This document shows, one piece after another, positions 48,554-57,264 of a stretch of DNA of 64,000 bases. The stretch is from positions 1,068-65,067 of the forward strand of contig JBLIRH010000006.1 of assembly GCA_049472215.1 (NCBI GenBank), in the 5' to 3' direction. The DNA comes from Thermoplasmatota archaeon. Lineage in GTDB: Archaea; Thermoplasmatota; Penumbrarchaeia; Penumbrarchaeales; Penumbrarchaeaceae. The notes beneath the pieces were generated by a model. That model searched no databases and was not told the DNA's origin. It worked only from the letters and a program-made list of their open reading frames with translations. A program made the position numbers and the translations under genes. How positions within the stretch are numbered: the stretch's first letter is position 1; each line of letters opens with the position of its first letter.

Positions 48554-49567
48554 CTACTCCTCATCCTCCATCTCGTCTATCTCTTCCATTATCTCGTCAA
48601 GGTCGTCGATCTCTGAGATATCCTCCACGTCCATTTCTCCATCTTTCCCGTAATCTTCATCCTTTGAACCCAGATCGTGGCCCTTCTTTTTCGATTTCTT
48701 TTTCCTGGGCTCCCCACCCTTTGATACATAGACCTTGGCGGGTCTAAGGACGATATCTTCCATGATAAAGCCCTTTGTTGCCACCTCAACGACCGTACTG
48801 TCGGGGACCGAACTGTCGGCCCTGATCTCGATGGCTTCATGGAAGTGCGGATCAAATGCCTCGTTTACCGGGTCGATCATCTCTACATCGTTATCTGAAA
48901 GAAGTTTTAACATACTCTTTCTGATCGAGTCGACCCCATCGAGGATCTGGGACACCTCGGGTTTGTAATCATATCTTCGGCCTTCGACTATCGCCCTGTC
49001 GAAATTATCTATTATCTCGATTATCCCCATCATGGCTTTCTTGTGTCCGAGTTTGACCTGCCGGTCAACATCGCTCTGGGTCCTTTTCCTGTAGTTGTCG
49101 AAATCCTTCTGGTTCCGATTGAGCTTCTTTTCGTAAGCTGTAGCCGTTGCGATATGCTTGTTGATGTCTTCCTCCAACCTTTCCTTTTCCGACCTGATCC
49201 TGTCTATCTCGTCCTCCAGGAGTTCCAGCTCATGCTCGAAGGTTTCTTTCTCATCGCGATATTCCTCGACCTTCTTTTTCAGGTTCTTGATCTCCCGTAG
49301 GTCCATCGCCAATTTTCTTTTTAGGCCGTCGGGGACCGGATTTCTCTTTGCCATTGTCTTTGGCTTCTCCTTGACCGGTTCCTTTTTTGGTTTCTGTTCC
49401 TTCTTCTTTTTCTGGGACTTTGGTGGGGATTTTGCCTGTTTGGATGTCTTCTTCACATTTTTTGAGGGAGAGGACTTAGACCCCTTCTTTTTGCGTACCG
49501 GTCTGGTCTCCTCCTCATCTTCATCATCATCGTCAAGTTCGAATTCGAATTCATCATCAAAGCTCAT
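48554..49567 (-). CDS. grpE: Nucleotide exchange factor GrpE with long acidic/Lys-rich N-terminal and acidic C-terminal extensions
   Basis: The core has a coiled coil plus FDPHFHEAI and ...VLRPAKV, as in GrpE. The N-terminus is DDDDEDEEE followed by a K/S/P-rich ~70 aa stretch. The C-terminus is DEIMEEIDEMEDEE. Confidence 0.85.
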   Translation of the reverse strand: MSFDDEFEFELDDDDEDEEETRPVRKKKGSKSSPSKNVKKTSKQAKSPPKSQKKKKEQKPKKEPVKEKPKTMAKRNPVPDGLKRKLAMDLREIKNLKKKVEEYRDEKETFEHELELLEDEIDRIRSEKERLEEDINKHIATATAYEKKLNRNQKDFDNYRKRTQSDVDRQVKLGHKKAMMGIIEIIDNFDRAIVEGRRYDYKPEVSQILDGVDSIRKSMLKLLSDNDVEMIDPVNEAFDPHFHEAIEIRADSSVPDSTVVEVATKGFIMEDIVLRPAKVYVSKGGEPRKKKSKKKGHDLGSKDEDYGKDGEMDVEDISEIDDLDEIMEEIDEMEDEE

Positions 49568-49681
49568 ATGACCACCAGATGACAGTTGGATTTCACGAAT
49601 ACCTCGTTAGTAGATAATATTTTTCTAATCAATATCCAGGAAGATGATATGTCCAGTTCTGTTCGCATACAACCGCACGAT

Positions 49682-50686
49682 CTATTTACCCCGGAGAATT
49701 GGGTCTAGAAGCGATCCCATCCGATATTCCTTCCATTCCTCCTTGCAGGTGTGGTCCAGGTTCTGCAGGTACGCCGGGTCGTTCTTGAGGGAGAACCTTC
49801 CGATGGCTTCAAGGACCGTTTCATCGCATTTCCCGCAATTATGAACTCCCCTTTTCTTGCCACCTGCAGTAGGCGAGGACATCAGATGCGTTAATCCTTT
49901 CGTGATCTCGTATCCCTCCATTAAAACCTCCAGGAGGCTCCAAAGCCATGGGGGTCTGTAAGCGCGTTTGCTGTAAAGATGCTCAACCAGAGTTTGCGAT
50001 TGGATGTTCATTGGATTGATGGATATCCTTGAACCGGGAAACTGTGAATGCACCTCTTCTATCGATCCTAGACAATCCCTGATAGCATCCGATTCACCCA
50101 GAAAAGGAGGTTTGAGAAGTAGGTAGGTCTTTAAATGCAGACCGTTCTGTATAACGGTTCTTCCCCCCTCAATATAATCCTGCCAGGTGAATCCTTTTCT
50201 GATATAAGAACCTCTGATCCAATCGGATGAGGTTTCGAGACCTATGGCGATCTCTGTTGGTCCATTTCTTTCGATGAAGGGCTTCAGACTTTTTTCGGTG
50301 ATGAATTCCGGTCTCGATTCGATAAGGAGTCTGACGAGGGGGGCCTTTTCCGATATCCTCTTGATCATTTCATCTAAAGCCTTTACCGGTACTTCTCCAG
50401 GATCAAGGAAGGAACCGGACGTGAAGATCTTGATGTAGGGTTCGCCGTTGTATCTTTCAAGCGCGGAATTCACCTGTGCCACAATGTTCTCCGCAGTGAT
50501 GTCAGGGAAAGTCACCACGTTATATCCGCACATGGTGCACCCCGTCCTGCTTGCCCATGAGCATCCGCTTGTCTTAAGGATCATTACCAGAACATCCACC
50601 TTGTTCCCGTCAATACTGTCGGTCTCTTTCCAGACAGACAAAGGCCTTCCCAGGTCCTTTTGGGATACTTCGGACATAAGGATCAC
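49682..50686 (-). CDS. Radical SAM protein of the archaeosine-biosynthesis RaSEA (TIGR01210-like) type
   Basis: The TSGCSWASRTGCTMCGY cysteine motif is characteristic of this archaeal family. There is also a C-terminal CGKCD. It overlaps the upstream small gene by 4 nt. Confidence 0.6.
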   Translation of the reverse strand: MILMSEVSQKDLGRPLSVWKETDSIDGNKVDVLVMILKTSGCSWASRTGCTMCGYNVVTFPDITAENIVAQVNSALERYNGEPYIKIFTSGSFLDPGEVPVKALDEMIKRISEKAPLVRLLIESRPEFITEKSLKPFIERNGPTEIAIGLETSSDWIRGSYIRKGFTWQDYIEGGRTVIQNGLHLKTYLLLKPPFLGESDAIRDCLGSIEEVHSQFPGSRISINPMNIQSQTLVEHLYSKRAYRPPWLWSLLEVLMEGYEITKGLTHLMSSPTAGGKKRGVHNCGKCDETVLEAIGRFSLKNDPAYLQNLDHTCKEEWKEYRMGSLLDPILRGK

Positions 50687-51006
50687 CTGTCCAAGGATAT
50701 CGTGTATATCTGGACATGTTTTACGTCCCCGACCATAACGATCGAGTCAGGGTCGACAATACCCTTTTTTAAAAGGAGGTCCACGCAATAGTTGCCAACG
50801 ATATTTGCAGATGTGACCTGACCAAGCATGTTGAGGAAGGTATCATCGTTGACAAGATCGCCCCCGTAGAAATGCTGTGAGACCAGAAATTGAACCTCAC
50901 CCATCTCCAATCTGACACCCAGTAGATGATCATCGCAGGCGGCCAGGATGAATTGCCCGCCTGCAGAGTGCAGCCTCATATAGATGCGAGGGGTACCTTC
51001 CATCAT
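50683..51006 (-). CDS. Small conserved archaeal protein (DUF424-like)
   Basis: 107 aa. ILAACDDHLLGVRLEMGEVQFLVSQHFYGGDLV...ANIVGNYCVDLL fits my recollection of the DUF424 pattern (vvAiCD.eLlGk......l.v...FY.Ge....aNlvG). It sits between mcm and RaSEA in one operon. Confidence 0.45.
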   Translation of the reverse strand: MMEGTPRIYMRLHSAGGQFILAACDDHLLGVRLEMGEVQFLVSQHFYGGDLVNDDTFLNMLGQVTSANIVGNYCVDLLLKKGIVDPDSIVMVGDVKHVQIYTISLDR

Positions 51007-51014
51007 TTCACATC

Positions 51015-53141
51015 CTATAGTATACTGAACTCACCAGAACGGGGTTCGAAGATCGCACCCTCGTCCTGAAGTTTCTTAAGGTACCTGTCAAGTTCGGTCT
51101 CAGTAATATTTCTATCCTTCGCCCTTTTGGCAAGTTCGGACCTTGAGATCTTTCCTTCCTTGACCTTGGATTCCCGGATTATGCTGATGATCTCGTACAT
51201 CTTGTCCTTCTGGCTTTTAAAACCGGACCCCATTATCCCGTCGATATCATAATCCCCGGATTCTGTCATTGCCACGTCCTTGAGCGAATTCTCCATTAGC
51301 CGGATGGCGGTCTTTGCATCCGCAGTTGTTACAGAATTGCTCAACCTTATCCTTGCGGAGGCTTCAGCTAACCTAATGAGAGCCTCAAGCTGCCTCGCTG
51401 TCAACGCGACCATTCCCGAATCACCCATAGGACCGGCACTCCTCTCCCTCAGGGAAACGTAGAAGTCGATGATCTCCGTCATTGCCTCCTCCGTGAGGAT
51501 CGGAAAACACACCCTCTTTGAATATGCAACATATTTCCTGAGGTGTTCCGGTTCGATGGTAGGCATCGCTTCCACCAGATCGGGATCTCCCGTCTCCACC
51601 ATGGTTTCGTAGGTCCTGTCACCGGTCTTGGAAAGGCTTGCGAGCTCCCCGATCCTGTGGTGTCTTATAACCGAGCTTGCGAGCTCCCTGTCCTTTTTAT
51701 TGTCCGGCTCATCGGTCATGGTGAAGATCAGGTCGAACCTAGATTTAAGAGGAGCAGGGAGATTGATCTGGTCGTGCCTACCCTCGCCAGGTCTGAACCT
51801 GCCCTGTTTGGGATTTGCTGCTCCAAGAACGGAACATCTGCTCTGCAAGGTCGATTGTATCCCCGCCTTCGCTATTGAAACGGTCTGCTGCTCCATCGCT
51901 TCATGCATTGCCGACCGGTCCGATTCGGTCATCTTATCAAGCTCATCTATACAAGCCAGCCCCCTATCGGCAAGGACCATCACCCCAGCCTCAAGCGTAT
52001 ACCTGCCCTCCCCGAAATCATCCTTGACCACCGCTGCGGTCAGGCCAGCTGCCGATGCCGACTTCCCCGATGTGAATATTCCTCTTGGTGCGAGACGCGC
52101 CATGTAGGTCAGCAGCTGGGACTTTGCAGTTCCCGGGTCTCCAACGAGAAGAACATGTATGTCTCCCCTACCCTTGGAGCCATCGGGAAATTCCTTGTTA
52201 ACCCCGCCGAAAAGCTGTAGCATCAGCGCTTCTTTTATATGGTCCATCCGAAAGATAGAGGGGGCGATCGATCTCACGATCTTCTTGTAGATGGCAGGGT
52301 CCTTGGCAAGCATCTTTGCCCGGTCCATATCCTCTTCGGAAAGGTTCATCTCATCGAATACCTGGTCGTCGAGTTTGACGTAGTTTCCCTGGAGGAATAT
52401 ATCGAAGACGGTTCCTTTGGTCTGTCCTTCCTTTCTCTGCTTCGCCTTGAGTATTCCTGTGAGATTGATCTTATCTCCAGGGGCCACCTTCCCGCAAAGG
52501 TCATCTTCAAGGATAATGGAGATCCTCTGCGGTTGGTCGCCTCCTCTAAGTCCCTCGGGCATCTCCTGGATCTCGATCTTCTGGGAATCTATGAACATGG
52601 ATTCCGCGATGATGAATTTGAAGTTCGTGGAACCGGCCCTTTTTCCGCATCCGCCGTCGTCCTTGTTGCATTCGAGAGGCTCCTGATAATGGAAGGGCTC
52701 TTGATCTATCTCCTGCTTGAAACCACAGGAGGTGCATACGAAAGCTCCGACCACCAATTTTGGTCGTACCTCGGTGACCTTTCTGACGAGACCCTCCAAA
52801 GCAATGAACTTGGAGAGATTCTCGGCACGAAGGTCTCTAATGCTGATCCATTGTTTCTTGTAAAGGTCCCTTATTCTGAGATTGATGATTCCCTTCTGGT
52901 CGGGCTCCAGGAGAGAACTTACGGCCGATTCCCCCAACCTTATGGCCAATTCTGGTAGATCGAGGATCACCTCGGCAAGTTCTCCGTTCACATTGAAGAT
53001 GTCGTTGAACTCGACCTCCAACGAGCGGACATCGGGACGGGAATCGGCAATGAACCTGATCTGCGGGGAAAGGTTCCTTATGGTCAAATAGTCCAGCCAT
53101 AGCTGGTACAAATATTCCTCATCCACGAACCTTACCATCAT
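51015..53141 (-). CDS. mcm: Minichromosome maintenance (MCM) replicative helicase
   Basis: N-terminal Zn motif CTSCGF...C..DGGCG, Walker A GDPGTAKSQLL, Walker B CIDELDKM, arginine finger SRFDLIF, and a C-terminal wHTH. Confidence 0.95.
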   Translation of the reverse strand: MMVRFVDEEYLYQLWLDYLTIRNLSPQIRFIADSRPDVRSLEVEFNDIFNVNGELAEVILDLPELAIRLGESAVSSLLEPDQKGIINLRIRDLYKKQWISIRDLRAENLSKFIALEGLVRKVTEVRPKLVVGAFVCTSCGFKQEIDQEPFHYQEPLECNKDDGGCGKRAGSTNFKFIIAESMFIDSQKIEIQEMPEGLRGGDQPQRISIILEDDLCGKVAPGDKINLTGILKAKQRKEGQTKGTVFDIFLQGNYVKLDDQVFDEMNLSEEDMDRAKMLAKDPAIYKKIVRSIAPSIFRMDHIKEALMLQLFGGVNKEFPDGSKGRGDIHVLLVGDPGTAKSQLLTYMARLAPRGIFTSGKSASAAGLTAAVVKDDFGEGRYTLEAGVMVLADRGLACIDELDKMTESDRSAMHEAMEQQTVSIAKAGIQSTLQSRCSVLGAANPKQGRFRPGEGRHDQINLPAPLKSRFDLIFTMTDEPDNKKDRELASSVIRHHRIGELASLSKTGDRTYETMVETGDPDLVEAMPTIEPEHLRKYVAYSKRVCFPILTEEAMTEIIDFYVSLRERSAGPMGDSGMVALTARQLEALIRLAEASARIRLSNSVTTADAKTAIRLMENSLKDVAMTESGDYDIDGIMGSGFKSQKDKMYEIISIIRESKVKEGKISRSELAKRAKDRNITETELDRYLKKLQDEGAIFEPRSGEFSIL

Positions 53142-53313
53142 TACTCACCCTGAACCGGAAGAGAAGCAATACCCCTTTTCAGGAGCATACACCGGTCTAT
53201 TATTTTACATCTGTTATTCCAATGGAAACACTGGCAGTTAAGGGGTTTCATAGGAGAGAGGTGGCAGAAAGTGTCAGGTGAAGGTTTATCATTGGAAAAA
53301 CCGATGAAAGGCC

Positions 53314-53748
53314 GTGTACTGCATCGTGAAATGTCCATTCTGCAAGAACCTTCAGGGAGGCGTGTACCCGGTAAAGACCACAAGGTGTCAGGTTTGCTCC
53401 AAACGGATCGACCTGCATAGGACCGGATTGATAGGGGTGTATGATGACCTCAAGGAGATGCAGGGGAACCTGATGGCTAAAAAGTGGGAAGGGGGTGACG
53501 AGGAGGATCTGATAGAGGTCGTCCAGACGACCGGGGAACCGGTCGAAAGGAAAAAACGGCTCCACGGAAGGGACGGCATCAGGAAAGCGATTCTTCAGAA
53601 GCTCGAGACAGATCTTCCACGGAATGCCCTGATAGAAGAGATCGTCAGGGAGGGTCACGATAAGGATACGGTCGAGGAGGTACTTGAGGAGCTAATTGAG
53701 AAAGGACTCGTACATTATCCAAGATACTCATTATTACGAAAAAGCTAA
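53314..53748 (+). CDS. Zinc-ribbon (DUF1922-like) plus C-terminal winged-helix protein
   Basis: MYCIVKCPFCKNLQGGVYPVKTTRCQVCSKRI is a CxxC..CxxC ribbon. The C-terminal RKAILQKLETDLPRNALIEEIVREGHDKDTVEEVLEELIEKGLV is wHTH-like. It is divergent from mcm. Confidence 0.5.
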   Translation: MYCIVKCPFCKNLQGGVYPVKTTRCQVCSKRIDLHRTGLIGVYDDLKEMQGNLMAKKWEGGDEEDLIEVVQTTGEPVERKKRLHGRDGIRKAILQKLETDLPRNALIEEIVREGHDKDTVEEVLEELIEKGLVHYPRYSLLRKS

Positions 53749-53753
53749 AACAT

Positions 53754-56438
53754 TCAAATGGAGAACAGATCGGAGTAATCGTCTGAGATGTAATAGTGAA
53801 TGTTCCTTCCCTTTTTCCTCTTCTCAAGGAGTCCGTTCCTGGCCAGCTCGCCGAGGTGGTATGACATATCCGTCTGGCTCCTATCCAGTATCCTGGAAAG
53901 CTTCTTGGGGACGATCCCCGGATTCTGCAGAATTAACTCCATTATCCTGAGCTGGAAGGGGGAAATGTAATCCCTTATGGAGGCCTGTCTTCTGTACGAG
54001 CTCACATAGAAGAGCTTGTACTTGCCCATCTTCTTCGAATAGATCCTTTCTTCCCTCTCAAGGACCCTTAGATGATGGACCAGCGAACCGTCGTTGAGGT
54101 CCAGGTTCCTTTTAAGTTCCGAATAATTCGCCCCGGGTTTAGCTTTTAGATAACCCAGGATCTCATGTCGGACACCCTTTTCGATCTTGTTCTTCTTTAG
54201 CTTAGAGTACAAGGGGATCAGCAGACCAAGCAATTTGAACTTGAACACTTCACTCCTCATTCCGAAGACTGCAAGGCCAAATAGTCCTGTCCCGATCACG
54301 AAACCGGCCGTTGGAAGAATATAGGGGGGCAGTACCTCAGGATCTTCGGGAGCAGGTGTGATGAGAGGTGCAACACCGGGCTGGACCTCGGTGTCGATCT
54401 TCTCTTCCTTGATCTCCTCCCCTCTCCAAATGGTTCCACCGGTTGGAACATCCTTTACACTCTCGTCGATCACCGGTTGGTCTTCGTTCGGTTCGACAGG
54501 TTGTTCAGGTTCCTCGACGGGGACAGGGGCTTCCGTTTCCGGTTCATAGAACGGATTGGGGAATACCACGTTATTATTGTCCTCCACTGATTCCAGGATC
54601 TCATTGTATGGATCGATCATCAGAGTGAGGTTCCTTGCTGAGGTGTCCACTTTCCAGTCGACGTTAAGCTCTTTTGAGCCTTCCTTGTAGATCGATGGGA
54701 CCTGATAAAGGCCCATGAACTTTCCATCCTGGAGGAATGTTACCTTTATGGGACCGCTCTCGATCCCTCCAATTGACCGGATCGCAAAGGTCAGGGTAAC
54801 TATATCCGTGTTCTCAGCATCCGGATCGGATATCATCAAATGGTCAGTTCTTGCTGTGATGTCGAGATAATCAGGCTCGACGAGGAACTTTATCGTATTA
54901 TCGGAGGGATAATCCTCTTCCACTCTTCCCTGGGGGTCGAGCACCACTCTGAAGTCGGAGGTCCCCTCAACTGCCTTCCATGTCCACCGGATCTCTCTGG
55001 ATGAGCCTGCAGGCAGCTCGACATCGATATACTTCTCAACATCGCCATTTCTGGAAACTTCGACCTGAACCTCTCCTTCATCCTCGGTCCCGTGATTGTA
55101 TACCGTTGCGAAGAAGGTCACGCCCTGGTTGATTATAATGTTATCAGGAGAGTGGGTGAGGTCACCGATCGAAATATCATGTGCTGGTTTGGGATCCAAA
55201 ACGATATCGTATGATTGGTCAGACGGGTGATCGTTACCGACCCTGTCGGCAAGTTTCAATCTCACCGATAGTTCATCTCCCCCGATGTCCGAAACATCGA
55301 TCTTCAATCTTCCCTCCACAACCATTTCAGGTACGATAGGTGACCAGGGGTGGATTATGGAATCGCCATCGAACAGCGAATATTCCATACTCCCGAAGTC
55401 CAGACCGGAACCATCTTCAACAAGTGCCCAGTCCAGGTGAACATCCCCGTTCTTCGATGAATATCTGAAGTCCGCAAGTGTTGGCGGGGTCGAATCGATC
55501 TTGAAATCGAAATAAGCTTTACCCTCGATCACGGAACCGGGTGGTGATTCGAAGACTGTGAATTCGAATATGTTCCTTCCATCCATCCTCGGGACCGGAA
55601 GGGAGAAGGAAACCGTTTGAAGCTGTTCCCTGTTCGTTGGTTTATATTCCCAGAACCTTCCGCTGCTGTCCTTGACACCGACAATGATGTCAGATGGAGC
55701 TGGGGAAACCTCCGGGACGCCCTCAAAATGGACCATCATTTGCTGGAGAAGTATGTTCACGCCGCCTCTGAGGTAGTGGTCCTCGGTAACAGCTGACGGG
55801 TCATCAACGCGGTATGTTGGTTCCCCTGTCACCTCGATATCGGGCTCGAAGGAGTAAGCTTCCTCTATGACCTTCCTGTCCCATCCGCCATACGGATCGA
55901 CCACGGTCACTTCAAGGTCCTTGGGAAGGTCCTTTGGGAACGACCAGCCAAAGGAAAGTGCGAACCTGATCTCCCAATGTCTGCTGCTTGCATTGTAATT
56001 GGCTTGGGTCCTCTGGGCATCGACGAATACAATATCAGTTAATCCATCCGATACCTGGATCGCACCCCCGTTCATATCGAACGTGATATTCATGCTGTTC
56101 TGGTGCATGTCGAGGTTCAGTGTGATCTTTTCAGGGGTTGGCCCGCTGGTTTCCACTATAAAATCGACAGGTGTGTTCGGGAATACCTTATCGGCGATCA
56201 GATGAGATATGTGCACATTCTCGATCTTGGTTGTAATGTGCTTCATCTCGTCGGATCCGCCACCTCCACCGTTCGAGAAGGAAATGGGTCCCAGGAAATC
56301 CTGGCATGAATCCTGCTCGATTTCCCGGTAGGAGGTGACCTGGGACCCTTCACCGGAGGCGTCGAAAGCTAACAGGAAAAGGAATGCCGTCATGAATAAC
56401 ATGACGATCGCGAATGTCCTTATCCGTGCAGCCTTCAT
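53754..56438 (-). CDS. Membrane-tethered protein: large ectodomain with CARDB-like domains, one TM helix, and two cytoplasmic ArsR/MarR-like winged-helix domains
   Basis: The ORF track starts at 56633. I prefer ATG at 56438 (MKAARIRTFAIVMLFMTAFLFLLAF), a signal anchor. CARDB-like segments are DISIGDLTHSPDNIIINQGVTFFATVYNHGTEDEGEVQVEV and a second copy. The TM is ILPTAGFVIGTGLFGLAVFGM. The wHTH regions are RHEILGYLKAKPGANYSELKRNLDLNDGSLVHHLRVLERE and LRIMELILQNPGIVPKKLSRILDRSQTDMSYHLGELARNGLL. Confidence 0.75.
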   Translation of the reverse strand: MKAARIRTFAIVMLFMTAFLFLLAFDASGEGSQVTSYREIEQDSCQDFLGPISFSNGGGGGSDEMKHITTKIENVHISHLIADKVFPNTPVDFIVETSGPTPEKITLNLDMHQNSMNITFDMNGGAIQVSDGLTDIVFVDAQRTQANYNASSRHWEIRFALSFGWSFPKDLPKDLEVTVVDPYGGWDRKVIEEAYSFEPDIEVTGEPTYRVDDPSAVTEDHYLRGGVNILLQQMMVHFEGVPEVSPAPSDIIVGVKDSSGRFWEYKPTNREQLQTVSFSLPVPRMDGRNIFEFTVFESPPGSVIEGKAYFDFKIDSTPPTLADFRYSSKNGDVHLDWALVEDGSGLDFGSMEYSLFDGDSIIHPWSPIVPEMVVEGRLKIDVSDIGGDELSVRLKLADRVGNDHPSDQSYDIVLDPKPAHDISIGDLTHSPDNIIINQGVTFFATVYNHGTEDEGEVQVEVSRNGDVEKYIDVELPAGSSREIRWTWKAVEGTSDFRVVLDPQGRVEEDYPSDNTIKFLVEPDYLDITARTDHLMISDPDAENTDIVTLTFAIRSIGGIESGPIKVTFLQDGKFMGLYQVPSIYKEGSKELNVDWKVDTSARNLTLMIDPYNEILESVEDNNNVVFPNPFYEPETEAPVPVEEPEQPVEPNEDQPVIDESVKDVPTGGTIWRGEEIKEEKIDTEVQPGVAPLITPAPEDPEVLPPYILPTAGFVIGTGLFGLAVFGMRSEVFKFKLLGLLIPLYSKLKKNKIEKGVRHEILGYLKAKPGANYSELKRNLDLNDGSLVHHLRVLEREERIYSKKMGKYKLFYVSSYRRQASIRDYISPFQLRIMELILQNPGIVPKKLSRILDRSQTDMSYHLGELARNGLLEKRKKGRNIHYYISDDYSDLFSI

Positions 56439-57264
56439 TTTCCGATCACCGAATCCTACCTGTACGTACACAGGTTCTAAAGGGGATGGAGTTAATAAGG
56501 GTTTCGTCCACATCAGCAAAATTTCGGTCCAGACAAACCTATTCCGGCTTTTCGCCAAAAGGTGATGTCGGGGCGAGGGCCTCGGGACAAAGAGACCAAA
56601 TTTGTGGGGAAATAGCCGTATGGGAAGGGTCATAAGAACCGATCCCGAGTCCCAGCCCCGAACATCTTTGCGATTGTCGACTTGAACGTCGAGGACCTTT
56701 AAGGCCGGTCCAAGGCCTTTGAGTTTCGAATGAAAGGAAAGTGGTTGTGCCTTGGGGAAAATTCGGTCGGCACAACCGGGGTTTCAGATTCCTAATAGAG
56801 GTTTTATAGATGAGCATCATCGCCAGGAGAGGGGGAACGTAATTCCCCCTCGCCTTTTCTGCTATACGAACTCCGTTGCTTGGGTTTGCGGATCACGAAG
56901 GTCGGAAAGCTGTAATCGCTGATCCTTACAGCCTGGGCCTTCTGGTCCGAGAACGGTCTGAAGTCAAAGGGGATTCCGGGACCCGGTTCGTTTCCCATCT
57001 TGAGGAAATGGGTCGAGGAGATCACATCCCGTACAAAAGCACGGGTCTTGTTCTCCTGGGCCCCGGAAGTGGGGTTTGTTTGGGGTTCAAGGTGTGTTAT
57101 GGATGATCGTTTCAAGGGTAGTCCCCTGGTTTCTTTGCATGGTCTTTGTTCAGAACCGTTGCTGTAGGGAAAAAATCAAAGAAATATATATATAAAGATT
57201 TGAGAAAAAATTGATTTATTATATAAAGTTTGTTGAAAGGCTCGGTATTCGATGGATGGTTTGA

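Noticed and set aside
56640-57264. RNase P RNA or SRP (7S) RNA in the region lacking convincing ORFs
   Set aside because: I looked on both strands for GGAAAGUCC / ACAGAACCCGGCUUA (RNase P) and for GGAAG-x-AGCA with flanking AGG (SRP helix 8). Only weak fragments appeared (cggaaagc, cagaaccg, ccccggaagtgggg). It is kept as an unassigned structured region instead.
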